A DNA stretch of 64,000 nt from Arenicellales bacterium (lineage in GTDB: Bacteria > Pseudomonadota > Gammaproteobacteria > Arenicellales > JAJDZL01), in assembly GCA_965214785.1 (NCBI GenBank), contig OZ243975.1:132914-196913 (forward strand), in the 5' to 3' direction. Within the stretch, counting starts at the first letter, position 1. Every line of letters begins with the position of its first letter. Position numbers and translations under genes: made by a program. Below the pieces are notes generated by a model, which worked only from the letters and a program-made list of their open reading frames with translations, ran no database searches and was not told the DNA's origin. Positions 1 to 10,417 of the stretch are shown here, piece by piece.

Positions 1-761
1 AACACGGCATCAATGACATTGTCGAAGTGAAGGTCGGGTACGATGGCATTGTCCTGGCTAACTCGGTTGAATCTGAACTTTTCAATCTAACTCGCCGAGA
101 AATTTTTCTCGCACTCGCAAAAGATGTGCCTTCTCCCGACGGTGAGCAAAAGCTTGTTCCAAATCCATATAAGATGTGGAGTGAGATTAATTCTCAACTG
201 CCGGCTATTGCCATTCGAGTGCTTGGACCGCCTCCAACCTCAGGTACCCGCGATGCATTTGCAGAGCTGGCCTTAGAAGGCGGATGCAAGACATATGACT
301 GGATTGAAGCGATCAAAAAAAGCGACAAGAAGCAATACCAATCGATTTGTCACGGTATCCGCGAGGACGGTGTCTGGGTCGAAGCAGGTGAAAATGACAA
401 CCTGATCGTCCAAAAACTGGCCGCTGACAAGAATTCTCTGGGAGTATTCGGGTTCAGTTTCCTCGACCAGAATTCTGACTCCGTTCAGGGTTCTATTGTC
501 GATGGATTTGCACCGGAATTCGAGAATATTGCTGACGGGTCGTATGCAATTTCCCGTGCATTGTACTTTTACGTAAAATCCGATCATGTAGACCTGATTC
601 CAGGAATCAAGGAGTACATTGCGGAATTTACCAGTGACCGCGCTTGGGGTGATGAGGGCTATTTAGTCGACAAAGGCATGATTCCCATGTCGGCTGAAGA
701 GCGCTCGCAGTTCAAAACAGCGGCCATGAAAATGACAACTGTACGGCTTGCTGCTGAGTAA
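1..761 (+). CDS. pstS: Phosphate ABC transporter substrate-binding protein PstS, 5'-truncated by the window edge
   Basis: The frame is open from nt 3, with no stop before the track's GTG at 27. PstS-family-like stretches are present (LGPPPTSGTRDAF, SYAISRALYFYVK). pstCAB follows directly. Confidence 0.85.
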   Translation, partial: HGINDIVEVKVGYDGIVLANSVESELFNLTRREIFLALAKDVPSPDGEQKLVPNPYKMWSEINSQLPAIAIRVLGPPPTSGTRDAFAELALEGGCKTYDWIEAIKKSDKKQYQSICHGIREDGVWVEAGENDNLIVQKLAADKNSLGVFGFSFLDQNSDSVQGSIVDGFAPEFENIADGSYAISRALYFYVKSDHVDLIPGIKEYIAEFTSDRAWGDEGYLVDKGMIPMSAEERSQFKTAAMKMTTVRLAAE

Positions 762-768
762 GTAATTT

Positions 769-790
769 TTATCCGTTTCACTTCGGATAA
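769..790 (+). promoter_or_regulatory. Stem-loop just after the pstS stop (TTATCCG-n8-CGGATAA), possible intra-operon attenuator
   Basis: 7-bp perfect inverted repeat read directly. There is no clear T-run, so it is weak as a terminator. Confidence 0.3.
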
Positions 791-960
791 TAAAACCTGA
801 TTCAAGTGTCACTTACAGGCGATTGAATCAGTAAATTAATCTGCATACGGGCGAACCGCCTGTGTATTTCGTGATGGATTGCCCGTATGCGTTCGTGGAT
901 GCGGGCAGTCCCTGTGCGTAGCAATGATTTTGACTTTCGTTCCAAGGTGTTGAATATACA

Positions 961-2352
961 ATGCAAATTTGGACATTACTAGTTGTTTTGCTCGCATTGT
1001 CTGCGTTTTTCTACTTCTTTGCCAGAAAACAGGCATTTCGCGTTGCGAGCAAAGCCGGTGGTATTCGAGCGATGCACTCAGCACCTGGTTATTACGGTAT
1101 GGTTGCAGCATTTCTCGTGGCAATTCCAGCAATGATGGTGCTGGGATTGTGGATCAGCATTGATGAGAGCGTCATCATTAAGATCGTACTCGCTGAGCAT
1201 TATTCGGATATGCAGGGTCAACCGGATGCATCAGTCGACTGGTTGGTCAGTCAAATCAAGATTTTCTCGCAAACCGGCAAAGCAGTCAGTGCGGAAAATT
1301 CGGTTATGCTCCAAGCCGCTGCCGAACGCTACCTGCACTTGGTGCAGTTAAGCAAGACGCTTCGCGATGGGGCGGTTGTGGTACTCGCATGTGTATTTGG
1401 CTTTGTATTTTTGTCACTTATTTCGGTCCGATTGAAAGCCCGGCTGATAGCCGAGTTGATCATTAAGTTTCTGCTCATCATCAGTTCGCTGATTGCCATC
1501 TTCACAACGATTGGAATTGTTCTGTCGGTTTTATTCGAGACGATTCAGTTTTTCAGAAAGGTTCCGATCACTGATTTTTTGTTTGGACTTAAGTGGAGTC
1601 CCCAGATCGCAATTCGCGATGACCAGGTCGGTGCGTCGGGGCTATTCGGAAGCATTCCACTATTTACAGGAACGATGCTTGTTGCTGGAATTGCCATGGC
1701 AGTTGCGGTACCGATTGGATTGCTTTCAGCGATCTACCTGGCTGAATATTCGTCAAGCAAGGTTCGATCTGTTGCTAAACCAGCACTTGAGATTCTCGCT
1801 GGCGTTCCAACGGTGGTTTACGGATTTTTTGCCATATTGGTGGTTGCACCATGGATGCGCGAAGTTGGCGCCTTGTTCGGACTGGACATCGCGCATGAAA
1901 GCGCATTGGCCGCTGGAGTAGTCATGGGCATCATGATTATTCCGTTTGTTTCATCACTTTCTGACGACGTCATTACGGCATTGCCCCAGACTATCCGAGA
2001 GGCATCTCTGGCATGTGGCGCGACGAAGTCCGAGACAATTAAAAAGGTTGTGTTTCCAGCAGCTTTACCTGGGATTGTCGGTGCGTTATTGCTCGCAATC
2101 TCTCGGGCTATTGGAGAGACTATGATCGTATTGATGGCTGCGGGGCTAGCGGCTAATTTGACTGCCAATCCGTTTGAGTCGGTCACTACAGTTACAGTGC
2201 AGATTGTAACTTTGCTGGTGGGTGATCAGGAATTTGACAGTGCAAAGACTTTAGCTGCTTTTGCACTGGGTTTGACGTTGTTTGTCGCAACATTGGTTTT
2301 GAATATTACCGCACTTTATATCGTCCGCAAATATTCTGAGCAATATGAGTAG
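961..2352 (+). CDS. pstC: Phosphate ABC transporter permease PstC (long form, 463 aa)
   Basis: Multi-pass hydrophobic protein with an ABC-permease core (AISRAIGETMIVLMAAG). It overlaps the pstA start by 8 nt. Position is between pstS and pstA. Confidence 0.85.
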   Translation: MQIWTLLVVLLALSAFFYFFARKQAFRVASKAGGIRAMHSAPGYYGMVAAFLVAIPAMMVLGLWISIDESVIIKIVLAEHYSDMQGQPDASVDWLVSQIKIFSQTGKAVSAENSVMLQAAAERYLHLVQLSKTLRDGAVVVLACVFGFVFLSLISVRLKARLIAELIIKFLLIISSLIAIFTTIGIVLSVLFETIQFFRKVPITDFLFGLKWSPQIAIRDDQVGASGLFGSIPLFTGTMLVAGIAMAVAVPIGLLSAIYLAEYSSSKVRSVAKPALEILAGVPTVVYGFFAILVVAPWMREVGALFGLDIAHESALAAGVVMGIMIIPFVSSLSDDVITALPQTIREASLACGATKSETIKKVVFPAALPGIVGALLLAISRAIGETMIVLMAAGLAANLTANPFESVTTVTVQIVTLLVGDQEFDSAKTLAAFALGLTLFVATLVLNITALYIVRKYSEQYE

Positions 2353-3637
2353 TACGCATATGCAAAGCACCGTTAATATCTGGCATAGCGAGCAGTTTCG
2401 GCGTCAGCTGAAAAAACGCAATCGTGCTGAAAAGAGATTCAGATTGTATGGTATAGGTGCAATTGCATTGGGGCTGTTCTTTGTAGCAATGTTGTTTGTG
2501 AGCATTGCAGTAAATGGTCTTGGTGCTTTTTGGCAGACTCAAGTAAAACTGGACATCTATTTCGACGAAAGTGTCATCGATGTAAACAATCTTCAGCAAG
2601 CGAACTATGGCAAACTGGTAAAAGATGCTTTGTATGCCAAATTTCCTGAAGTAACGAAGCGCAAACAAAAGCGTGAATTGGCAAGTATGGTCAGTATCGG
2701 ATCAGACCTGATGCTCGCGCAGTTGGTTATCGATTCTCCATCGATTATTGGCACTACGCAGTCACTTTGGCTGCCGATGGACGACTTGTATGACACGTTG
2801 TTCAAGAGCGGGTTCGGACGCGCCAATCCCAAATCGGGCAAACGGTTGATTTCGAGCAATCAGCTGGCCTGGTTTGACGAGTTGGTGGCAGACGATAGAG
2901 TTGACACTCAATTCAACAAGAGGTTTTTCACCGCCGGAGATTCCCGGGAGCCGGAACTTGCCGGATTACGCGGTGCGTTGACGGGGTCGTTTTTTACAAT
3001 CTTGGTTACGCTTGCAATTTCATTTCCAGTAGGAGTTGCAGCGGCATGTTACCTTGAGGAGTTTGCTCCCAAGAACCGCTTCACTGATATTATTGAAGTC
3101 AATATCAACAATTTGGCGGCCGTCCCTTCGGTAGTGTTCGGACTGCTGGGATTGGCGGTTTTTATTAACTTTTTTGGATTGCCTCGGTCAGTACCGCTGG
3201 TTGGCGGGATGGTATTGAGTCTAATGACAATACCGACGATCATCATCGCTGGGCGAGCGGCATTGCGCGCGGTACCGCCAACAATTCGAGAAGGAGCGCT
3301 GGCATTGGGCGCATCAAAAACTCAAACTGTGGTCCAAGAGGTAGTTCCACTAGCGATGCCCGGCATGTTGACAGGAACCATAATTGGTCTTGCCCAGGCA
3401 TTGGGCGAAACTGCACCGTTGCTGATGATTGGCATGGTGGCTTTTATTGTGGATGTGCCGTCTGGTCCTTTAGACCCTTCAACAGTGCTTCCGGTACAGG
3501 TATTTCTGTGGGCGGACAGTCCTGAGAGAGCATTTTTAGAGAAAACTTCGGGGGCTATTCTAATATTGCTCACGTTTCTGATTACAATGAATATACTTGC
3601 TGTATGGTTAAGGAGTAAATTCGAAAGAAAATGGTAG
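2345..3637 (+). CDS. pstA: Phosphate ABC transporter permease PstA (430 aa)
   Basis: Permease core [15 protein letters not shown]. The stop overlaps the pstB ATG (ATGGTAG). Confidence 0.85.
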   Translation: MSSTHMQSTVNIWHSEQFRRQLKKRNRAEKRFRLYGIGAIALGLFFVAMLFVSIAVNGLGAFWQTQVKLDIYFDESVIDVNNLQQANYGKLVKDALYAKFPEVTKRKQKRELASMVSIGSDLMLAQLVIDSPSIIGTTQSLWLPMDDLYDTLFKSGFGRANPKSGKRLISSNQLAWFDELVADDRVDTQFNKRFFTAGDSREPELAGLRGALTGSFFTILVTLAISFPVGVAAACYLEEFAPKNRFTDIIEVNINNLAAVPSVVFGLLGLAVFINFFGLPRSVPLVGGMVLSLMTIPTIIIAGRAALRAVPPTIREGALALGASKTQTVVQEVVPLAMPGMLTGTIIGLAQALGETAPLLMIGMVAFIVDVPSGPLDPSTVLPVQVFLWADSPERAFLEKTSGAILILLTFLITMNILAVWLRSKFERKW

Positions 3638-4533
3638 ACAATACTACAACCGAAGCAGACGTAACATCAATGTTCGAAACACAGATTCACAACATCGACG
3701 GTACTGACAGAATCAAGATTCACACGGATAGCAGTTTATTTCACAAAGCTGATCAATCCGTCGGAACTTCAACACCTGTCAATCGAATGGTGGCTAAAAA
3801 TGTAAATGTGTATTACACCGATACACATGCGATCAGAAATGTAAACCTGGATATTCGGGAAAACGAAGTGCTGTCCATTATTGGTCCGTCCGGTTGCGGC
3901 AAGTCTACATTTCTGCGCAGTTTGAATCGCATAAACGACATCATCGAAGGCTGTAGAATGACCGGGTCTATCACTCTTGACGGAAAGGACATTTACGGGT
4001 CACAAATGGATGTTGTAGAGCTCAGAGCCAGAGTCGGCATGGTATTTCAAAAACCCAATCCTTTTCCGAAGTCCATTTACGACAATGTTGCCTATGGGCC
4101 CAGACTGCACAGTATGGTCAGTAATCGGGAGGAGACCGATGAACTTGTCTATGCATGTCTGCAGCAAGTTGGTTTGCTGGATGAAGTGGAAGATCGGATC
4201 CATAAATCGGGTACGGAACTATCTGGAGGTCAGCAACAGCGTTTGTGCATTGCTCGAGCCATCGCGGTCAAGCCCGAAGTGATTTTGATGGACGAACCGT
4301 GTTCAGCACTTGATCCGATTGCGACAGCAAAAATTGAGGATTTGATTGATCATTTGCGCACTCAGTACTCGATCGTCATCGTGACCCACTCAATGCAGCA
4401 AGCTGCCCGGGTTTCGCAAAGAACCGCTTACTTTAACCTTGGCGATTTGATTGAAATGGGTGAAACCTCTCAGGTATTCACCAATCCTCAGCATCAGCTT
4501 ACCGAAGACTACATAACAGGACGATTCGGCTAA
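3631..4533 (+). CDS. pstB: Phosphate ABC transporter ATP-binding protein PstB
   Basis: Walker [10 protein letters not shown], signature LSGGQQQRL, Walker [12 protein letters not shown]. The ATG at 3631 is translationally coupled to pstA but gives a ~52-aa N-terminal extension. An alternative ATG lies at 3787 ([10 protein letters not shown]). Confidence 0.9.
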   Translation: MVDNTTTEADVTSMFETQIHNIDGTDRIKIHTDSSLFHKADQSVGTSTPVNRMVAKNVNVYYTDTHAIRNVNLDIRENEVLSIIGPSGCGKSTFLRSLNRINDIIEGCRMTGSITLDGKDIYGSQMDVVELRARVGMVFQKPNPFPKSIYDNVAYGPRLHSMVSNREETDELVYACLQQVGLLDEVEDRIHKSGTELSGGQQQRLCIARAIAVKPEVILMDEPCSALDPIATAKIEDLIDHLRTQYSIVIVTHSMQQAARVSQRTAYFNLGDLIEMGETSQVFTNPQHQLTEDYITGRFG

Positions 4534-4618
4534 TCTGCCTGGTTGAGAACCGTACACGGTTCGCGCACCGCCGGGAGTTTTCGCGGATTGGTGCCGGCAG
4601 GAACTTTTGCACCTGCCG

Positions 4619-6115
4619 CTAAGGGGCAGTTGGAATCAGCCGAACTGCGTCTCGAAGACGCGGAAACAGTTCTAGTTCCATGCGGCAGGGGTTAAACCCT
4701 GGCGATTCGATTAGAATAATTTCGCCCACTACAGGTTCGAAGTCTGCTCGAAAGTGGACTGTACTTTTGACCACAATGATGGATAGCTTTTCGAGCTCAA
4801 TACCCAAGTGAGTGATTAACGCCCGATCAAGACATTGAATCCGTTCACTGGTGACAACAACACAGATGTTCGCTTCGACACCGGTGACCTCAATAGCCGC
4901 TGTAGGTCCAATGTTTGCTTTTCCTCCTTCCATCATTTCGCCATGGTATGGGAATATACCGTCACTGAGTGCGACGACTTTGAAATCGCCAAAATACGGC
5001 AAAATGCCGCTGTCTGTATACTGGCCTCCCAAACTGCAAGAAAATTCGCCTCCCAATCCGACCGAATGAGCTCTGTCGACAGCTCGTTTGTCAAACACAG
5101 CAGCCAGCACACAATTCTTTGCTTTATATTCGACCAAAGTGGCAAGTACGCCTGTGGAATCGGAAGTGGCACCAGCTCCGCTGTTGTCTTGAATATCGGC
5201 GATCAACACCGGTTTTTGTTCGCGCCTGGTTTCCAAAGCCAGTTCAATCCCTTTGTTTGCTGAATAAAGAGGAACTGGAAAGTCATCTTCGCAGCGTAAA
5301 AAGGCTTGTTCGATTTGATTGGCTTTGCGATTCGCTTGAGGTTGAGAAAAACTATGGGTAACGATAGCCGGTCCGCTTTGAGCAATGTCAGAAGGGGGAA
5401 ATCCCATGGCAATGTCAGCGTGCGCGAAGTGCAGTGAATCTGCATCTTGAGTTAATCGGTAGATTGTCGAAGTCGGTTCAGTATCGGTACATTGCGATTG
5501 CAGAGGAATTAACAGCGGCAGTTTGGTGAAATTTTTACTGGGTTTGATTCCGCTTTCGAGAATCTGCGCTAACAGAGCGCCGGTGCGAAATCCAGTTTGA
5601 GCCATATCAAGGTGCGGATAAGTTCTGTAAATCGTTGTGATGTCGGTCGCCTGAATCATTTCGCAGGTGACATTGGCATGCAGATCCAGGCTGACAGCCA
5701 ATGCAACTTCCCACCCGAAGCGATCGCGAAGCCGTTTGAGCAATTCACCCTCGCCGTCTTCGAACGAATCGGTAACCATTGCCCCGTGCAGATCCAGATA
5801 AATGCCGTCGAGTGGCCAAGATGCTTCAATCGCATCGAGAATCATGCTTGAAATCGCATCGAATGCGTAATCTTGAATTAAACCGCCTGGTTCCGCGTTT
5901 GCCCACAAGATTGGCACTACTTCAAATCTTTGCGCAGCAAATTTCAAGAATCCACCGAGCGGTATGTTCAGTTTGGGAAAGATTTCGGTGAGGTCTGAGC
6001 CGATGGTTAATCCGGGCCAGCCATCTTCCCTGACAAAGTCTTCAAAAGTTGTGGGAATTGGGCAAAATCGGTTGGTTTCGTGCTGAAATCCAGCGATAGC
6101 TATTTTGTTAGACAC
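4619..6115 (-). CDS. MlrC-like / M81-family metallopeptidase (DUF1485 + MlrC C-terminal type)
   Basis: The N-terminus IAIAGFQHETNRF and the ~500-aa length are typical of MlrC-family proteins. Family call is from memory of the motif only. Confidence 0.65.
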   Translation of the reverse strand: MSNKIAIAGFQHETNRFCPIPTTFEDFVREDGWPGLTIGSDLTEIFPKLNIPLGGFLKFAAQRFEVVPILWANAEPGGLIQDYAFDAISSMILDAIEASWPLDGIYLDLHGAMVTDSFEDGEGELLKRLRDRFGWEVALAVSLDLHANVTCEMIQATDITTIYRTYPHLDMAQTGFRTGALLAQILESGIKPSKNFTKLPLLIPLQSQCTDTEPTSTIYRLTQDADSLHFAHADIAMGFPPSDIAQSGPAIVTHSFSQPQANRKANQIEQAFLRCEDDFPVPLYSANKGIELALETRREQKPVLIADIQDNSGAGATSDSTGVLATLVEYKAKNCVLAAVFDKRAVDRAHSVGLGGEFSCSLGGQYTDSGILPYFGDFKVVALSDGIFPYHGEMMEGGKANIGPTAAIEVTGVEANICVVVTSERIQCLDRALITHLGIELEKLSIIVVKSTVHFRADFEPVVGEIILIESPGFNPCRMELELFPRLRDAVRLIPTAP

Positions 6116-6238
6116 CGTTAGCGTTACAAATCGATTTGGTGAATTGTCGCGGTAAAAAAGATTTTTCCTGTAAACGTTTTATTGTAGAATGCGGTCACAC
6201 AACAATTTGCATAATTTAAACAAGCATTATCCCCAATC

Positions 6239-7033
6239 ATGCCAGATACAAAGACATCCAGCAGGTCGAATCCCGCGCTTGAAGTAGAAAATATATACAA
6301 GAGTTTTGGCACTGTTGAAGTGTTAAAGGGAATTTCACTGACCGCCAACGATCATGATGTGATTTCCATATTAGGAAGCAGTGGTTCTGGAAAAAGTACT
6401 TTTCTGCGATGCATTAATTTACTGGAGACACCCACCTCGGGTTCGGTAAAGGTCGACGGGGAGTTGATCGAGATGAAAACGGCACGAAATGGAACTCCTG
6501 TTCCAGCAAACCGAAAACAAGTGGATCGGATACGTTCAAAGCTTGGCATGGTGTTTCAGCAGTTCAATCTTTGGTCTCACATGACGGTTATGGACAATGT
6601 TATAGAAGCGCCTGTGCACGTTTTGAAAACACCTAAAAAACAGGCCAAAGAACAGGCTGAATCTGTTTTACAGCGAGTTGGACTTTATGACCGCAAGGAC
6701 TACTATCCAGCCCATCTGTCGGGCGGGCAGCAGCAAAGAGCGGCTATTGCAAGAGCACTCGCTATGAATCCGGATTTACTGCTGTTTGACGAGCCGACAT
6801 CGGCACTCGACCCTGAACTTGTGCATGAAGTGCTTCGGGTAATGCGCGGACTCGCAGAGGATGGTTCAACAATGCTGGTTGTTACACATGAAATGGGCTT
6901 TGCGCGAGAAGTTTCGAACCGTGTAATGTTCTTACACCAAGGGCGGGTTGAAGAAGACGGTTCGCCTGACCAGGTATTTGACCAGCCTAAATCAGAGCGG
7001 TTCAAAGAGTTTCTTTCAGGAAATCTGAAGTAA
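6239..7033 (+). CDS. Polar amino-acid (His/Lys/Arg/Orn-type) ABC transporter ATP-binding protein
   Basis: Walker [37 protein letters not shown]. Cognate binding protein and two permeases follow. Confidence 0.85.
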   Translation: MPDTKTSSRSNPALEVENIYKSFGTVEVLKGISLTANDHDVISILGSSGSGKSTFLRCINLLETPTSGSVKVDGELIEMKTARNGTPVPANRKQVDRIRSKLGMVFQQFNLWSHMTVMDNVIEAPVHVLKTPKKQAKEQAESVLQRVGLYDRKDYYPAHLSGGQQQRAAIARALAMNPDLLLFDEPTSALDPELVHEVLRVMRGLAEDGSTMLVVTHEMGFAREVSNRVMFLHQGRVEEDGSPDQVFDQPKSERFKEFLSGNLK

Positions 7034-7078
7034 TTTGATCGATATTTTTATTCAAACCAAACATGGAGGAAAACACCC

Positions 7079-7858
7079 ATGAAAAAGACAATTACAGTAA
7101 TTATTGCCGTGGCATTAATGGGTCTTGGCTCAGCAACATTTGCTAAAGAGTGGGACAAGATTCGCATAGGCGTTGAAGGCGCGTATCCTCCGTTTAGTGC
7201 GGTTACGACTAGTGGCGAACTAATCGGATTTGATATTGAAATCGCGCAAGCGCTTTGTGACGAAATTGGCGCCGAATGCTCACTTGTGCAGCAAGACTGG
7301 GATGGAATCATTCCAGCGCTTCTTGCGCGAAAGTACGACGCAATAATTGCTTCAATGTCGATTACTGAAGAACGAAAGAAGAAAGTTGCATTTTCAAAGA
7401 AATACTACAACACACCAGGTAAGTTTGCTCAAGCCAAAGGAGCAGGGAATGAAATTACCACAGAGAGTTTGGCAGGTAAAACGGTAGGTGTGCAGCGTGC
7501 AACCACCCATGACAATTTCATAACAAGCGTATTTGGTGATGCTGTTGATGTGCGTCGCTACGGCTCACAAGACGAAGTGTATCTTGATGCAGTTGCCGGA
7601 CGTTTGGATCTGTTGCTGGCAGACTCAGTTGCAATGGCAGAAGGTTTTTTAAACACCGAAGAAGGTGCCGGATGGGAATTTGTCGGCCCTGGGTTTTCGG
7701 ATCCAGAATATTTTGGTGAAGGAGCCGGTGTTGCAATCCGAAAAGGTGACGAGGACTTAGTCGAATTGTTTAATAACGCCATCGATGCCATTCGGGCAAA
7801 TGGCACCTACAAAGCGATAAACGACAAATACTTTGAATTTGATGTTTATGGCCAATAG
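7079..7858 (+). CDS. Periplasmic basic amino-acid-binding protein (ArgT/HisJ-like)
   Basis: Signal peptide MKKTITVIIAVALMGLGSATFA. Family-3 SBP motifs are present (GVEGAYPPFS, GFDIEIAQALC, WDGIIPALLARKYDAIIASMSIT). Confidence 0.8.
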   Translation: MKKTITVIIAVALMGLGSATFAKEWDKIRIGVEGAYPPFSAVTTSGELIGFDIEIAQALCDEIGAECSLVQQDWDGIIPALLARKYDAIIASMSITEERKKKVAFSKKYYNTPGKFAQAKGAGNEITTESLAGKTVGVQRATTHDNFITSVFGDAVDVRRYGSQDEVYLDAVAGRLDLLLADSVAMAEGFLNTEEGAGWEFVGPGFSDPEYFGEGAGVAIRKGDEDLVELFNNAIDAIRANGTYKAINDKYFEFDVYGQ

Positions 7859-7877
7859 TCATTAAGCACATTAAAAC

Positions 7878-7922
7878 CAAACACCGGCTGCCTTGTGCAT
7901 ATCTACAGTCAGCCGGTGTTTG
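7878..7922 (+). terminator. 13-bp perfect stem-loop between the binding-protein and permease genes (partial terminator/attenuator)
   Basis: CAAACACCGGCTG (7878-7890) pairs with CAGCCGGTGTTTG (7910-7922), followed by TTGTGT. This is the usual position for over-expressing the binding protein relative to the permeases. Confidence 0.45.
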
Positions 7923-7957
7923 TTGTGTCGATCTTGACCGCGGATTGATTTAGCACC

Positions 7958-8677
7958 GTGCACGAATTTCTTGTAGAAAGTCTCAGCGGAATACTGGGCG
8001 GTTATCTCTACCCGTTCATACTTGAAGGCATGCTACTGACTATAGAGCTTGCCGTGCTGTCGCTAGCTTTATCTCTGACACTGGGTCTGTTAGGGGCAAC
8101 AGCAAAACTGTCAAGTAACAAAATTACCCGATTTGTTGCTGGAATTTACACAACGGTGATTCGAGGTGTGCCGGATATCGTTTTGATGTTCATCATATTT
8201 TTTGGCGGGCAGATCGGTATCAATGTGATTGGTGATAAGCTGGGGCTTGACTACATTGAAATCAGCGAATTCACCGCCGGTGTCGTTACTATCGGATTCA
8301 TTTTTGGTGCCTACATGGCCGAGACCTTTCGCGGAGCGATTCTGGCTGTACCAAGAGGTGAAATTGAGGCTGGGTACGCCTACGGTATGACGCCAATTCA
8401 GGTGTTTACACGCGTTACATTCCCTGCATGTGTACGCCATGCGTTGCCCGGATTCGGTAACAATTGGCTGGTTTTGGCCAAGACCACTGCTTTGGTTTCA
8501 GTCATAGGACTCGAAGACATGGTTTTCCGCGCCACCCAGGCGGGTGGATCACTTCGCCAGCCGTTTACGTTTTATTTCGTCGTTGCGGTTTTGTACCTGG
8601 TAATTACAGCTGTTTCGGATGTTGGACTTCGATGGCTTGACAAACGCTACAGCGCGGGTGTGCGCAGGGCGCAGTAG
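7958..8677 (+). CDS. Amino-acid ABC transporter permease (HisQ-like)
   Basis: GTG start. Hydrophobic 239-aa protein with a HisMQ-type core (MAETFRGAILAVPRGEIEAGYAYGM). Confidence 0.8.
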   Translation: MHEFLVESLSGILGGYLYPFILEGMLLTIELAVLSLALSLTLGLLGATAKLSSNKITRFVAGIYTTVIRGVPDIVLMFIIFFGGQIGINVIGDKLGLDYIEISEFTAGVVTIGFIFGAYMAETFRGAILAVPRGEIEAGYAYGMTPIQVFTRVTFPACVRHALPGFGNNWLVLAKTTALVSVIGLEDMVFRATQAGGSLRQPFTFYFVVAVLYLVITAVSDVGLRWLDKRYSAGVRRAQ

Positions 8678-8680
8678 ACT

Positions 8681-9373
8681 ATGGATATTAATGCGATTGT
8701 CAGCAATCTGCCGCTTTATCTCGAAGGGCTGGTTACGACTGTTCAGCTGGTTGCGATTGCGCTGGTAGTCGGACTGTTACTGGCAATTCCTTTGGGGCTT
8801 GCGGCAAGTCGAAACCATGCATTTGTCACGGTACTTCCCAAAGCGTTTATTTACTTTTTTAGAGGCACGCCGCTGATCGTGCAGATGTATATGATCTATT
8901 ACGGTGCGGGACAGTTCGAACCGTTGCGCGAGAGTTTCTTATGGCCAGTATTCAAAGAGGCGTATACCTGCGCGCTGATTGCGTTTTCGCTCAATACAGC
9001 AGCCTATACTGCGGAAATATTGCGAGGTGCGATCATTGGCACACCTTACGGAGAAATCGAGGCCGGTCGTGCCTGTGGTATGTCAGGATGGCTGATACTT
9101 AGACGGGTAGTGCTGCCGAGTTCTTTCCGAAGAGCGTTGCCAGCTTATGGAAACGAGGTGATTTTCATGTTGCATGGCAGTGCGCTTGCCGGTGTGATCA
9201 CCATTGTTGATCTTTTTGGTGCGGCAAGAATTGTTAATTCACGCCATTTTGTACCTTTCGAGTCGTTTATCACCGCTGGCTTTTTCTACCTGATATTGAC
9301 GTTTGTGATTATCTGGGTGTTCAAGCGGATGGAATTTCGCTGGCACGCACACTTAAGACGTCGAGAATCCTGA
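8681..9373 (+). CDS. Amino-acid ABC transporter permease (HisM-like)
   Basis: 230 aa. Core motif AAYTAEILRGAIIGTPYGEIEAGRACGM. Starts 4 nt after the previous permease gene. Confidence 0.8.
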   Translation: MDINAIVSNLPLYLEGLVTTVQLVAIALVVGLLLAIPLGLAASRNHAFVTVLPKAFIYFFRGTPLIVQMYMIYYGAGQFEPLRESFLWPVFKEAYTCALIAFSLNTAAYTAEILRGAIIGTPYGEIEAGRACGMSGWLILRRVVLPSSFRRALPAYGNEVIFMLHGSALAGVITIVDLFGAARIVNSRHFVPFESFITAGFFYLILTFVIIWVFKRMEFRWHAHLRRRES

Positions 9374-9656
9374 AGGTTGACTGAAAACCCGCAAGACGGC
9401 ATCGCCTTTGTATCTTGAACAAAAGCCGTTACTGAGACAGGCGAAGATTTTCAAATTGTCGTTCAGTTGGTTGATCAAGCACAATACTCGGTATCTTGCC
9501 ACGAGTTAAGCAAACCAATGCTTGCGAATAACTGATTTTGAACTGATTTTGGCGAACCTGGAGTTGAAGTCACTTGATTCAGTTTTTGTGAATCAAAGCG
9601 GGTTTGAAAAGCCAAACAACAAGCAAACCTTAGTTGCCCATAACGACAGGTTGAAT

Positions 9657-9881
9657 TTACGCTTTCTCCAGCACAAATACATACACGCCGTCTTGTTGTT
9701 TCGATTCTAACAATTGATGCCCCGTCTGCCTGCTCAAAGCTTCGAAATCCATCACTGACCCGGGATCGGTTGAATGAACTTCAAGTGTTTGACCGGTGGC
9801 CATTTGCGCAATGGCCTTTTTAGCCTTGAGAATCGGCAACGGACAATTCAGTCCTTTGGTGTCTAACGTTTGATCCGCCAT
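9657..9881 (-). CDS. tusA: TusA-family sulfur carrier protein
   Basis: 74 aa with the canonical Cys-Pro-x-Pro motif (GLNCPLPILKAKKA). Last gene of the shdr-lbpA string. Confidence 0.85.
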   Translation of the reverse strand: MADQTLDTKGLNCPLPILKAKKAIAQMATGQTLEVHSTDPGSVMDFEALSRQTGHQLLESKQQDGVYVFVLEKA

Positions 9882-9937
9882 TTACTGTCACTCCTTGTGT
9901 GAATCTGTTGGTGGCAGGGGGGAGGGTAAATAATCAG

Positions 9938-10384
9938 TCAGGCAGATTCGCACCCGGCAAAACCGTCTGATTCCATTTTTGCTTCATACGGTGCTGAAAC
10001 ATCGCTGCCGGCTGTTAGCTGCGACTTGATTGTGTTCCAGTCATCAACCTTGACTTTGAGTAACCAGCCATTTTGGTAAGGATCGGAGTTCGCAAGTCCA
10101 GGTGTTGAGACTATTTGCGAATTGACTTCCACCACTTCACCGCCACTTAATAGTTTAGCCGGTCCCACCCATTTGCCGGATTCGACGGTGGCACAACTTC
10201 GCCCTGGCGTTACTTTTCGCCCTGCGCGTTTGGGGGTAATTGCCACGATTTGTCCGGCCATCGCAGCAGCTACTGCGGTCATGCCAACGGTGATGGTTTC
10301 GTCGGAATTTTCCCGATACCAGATATTGTTTTCCACATCATAAAGCAAATCGTCGGGTAAATTGCATCCTCGAACTTCTGCCAT
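9938..10384 (-). CDS. lbpA: Lipoate-binding protein LbpA (GcvH-like), copy 1
   Basis: 148 aa with GcvH-like fold signatures and a candidate lipoyl-lysine in ATVESGKWVGP. Sits immediately downstream of the shdr genes. Confidence 0.8.
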   Translation of the reverse strand: MAEVRGCNLPDDLLYDVENNIWYRENSDETITVGMTAVAAAMAGQIVAITPKRAGRKVTPGRSCATVESGKWVGPAKLLSGGEVVEVNSQIVSTPGLANSDPYQNGWLLKVKVDDWNTIKSQLTAGSDVSAPYEAKMESDGFAGCESA

Positions 10385-10417
10385 ATCTTATGTCTCCACA
10401 GTTATGAATTAAGTCAA

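Noticed and set aside
836-1132. 98-aa minus-strand ORF spanning the pstS-pstC spacer and the pstC start
   Set aside because: It overlaps pstC on the opposite strand and covers the hairpin-rich spacer. It has no recognisable family.
9522-9710. 62-aa plus-strand ORF between hisM and tusA
   Set aside because: It overlaps the tusA 3' end on the opposite strand. It has low-complexity composition and no RBS.
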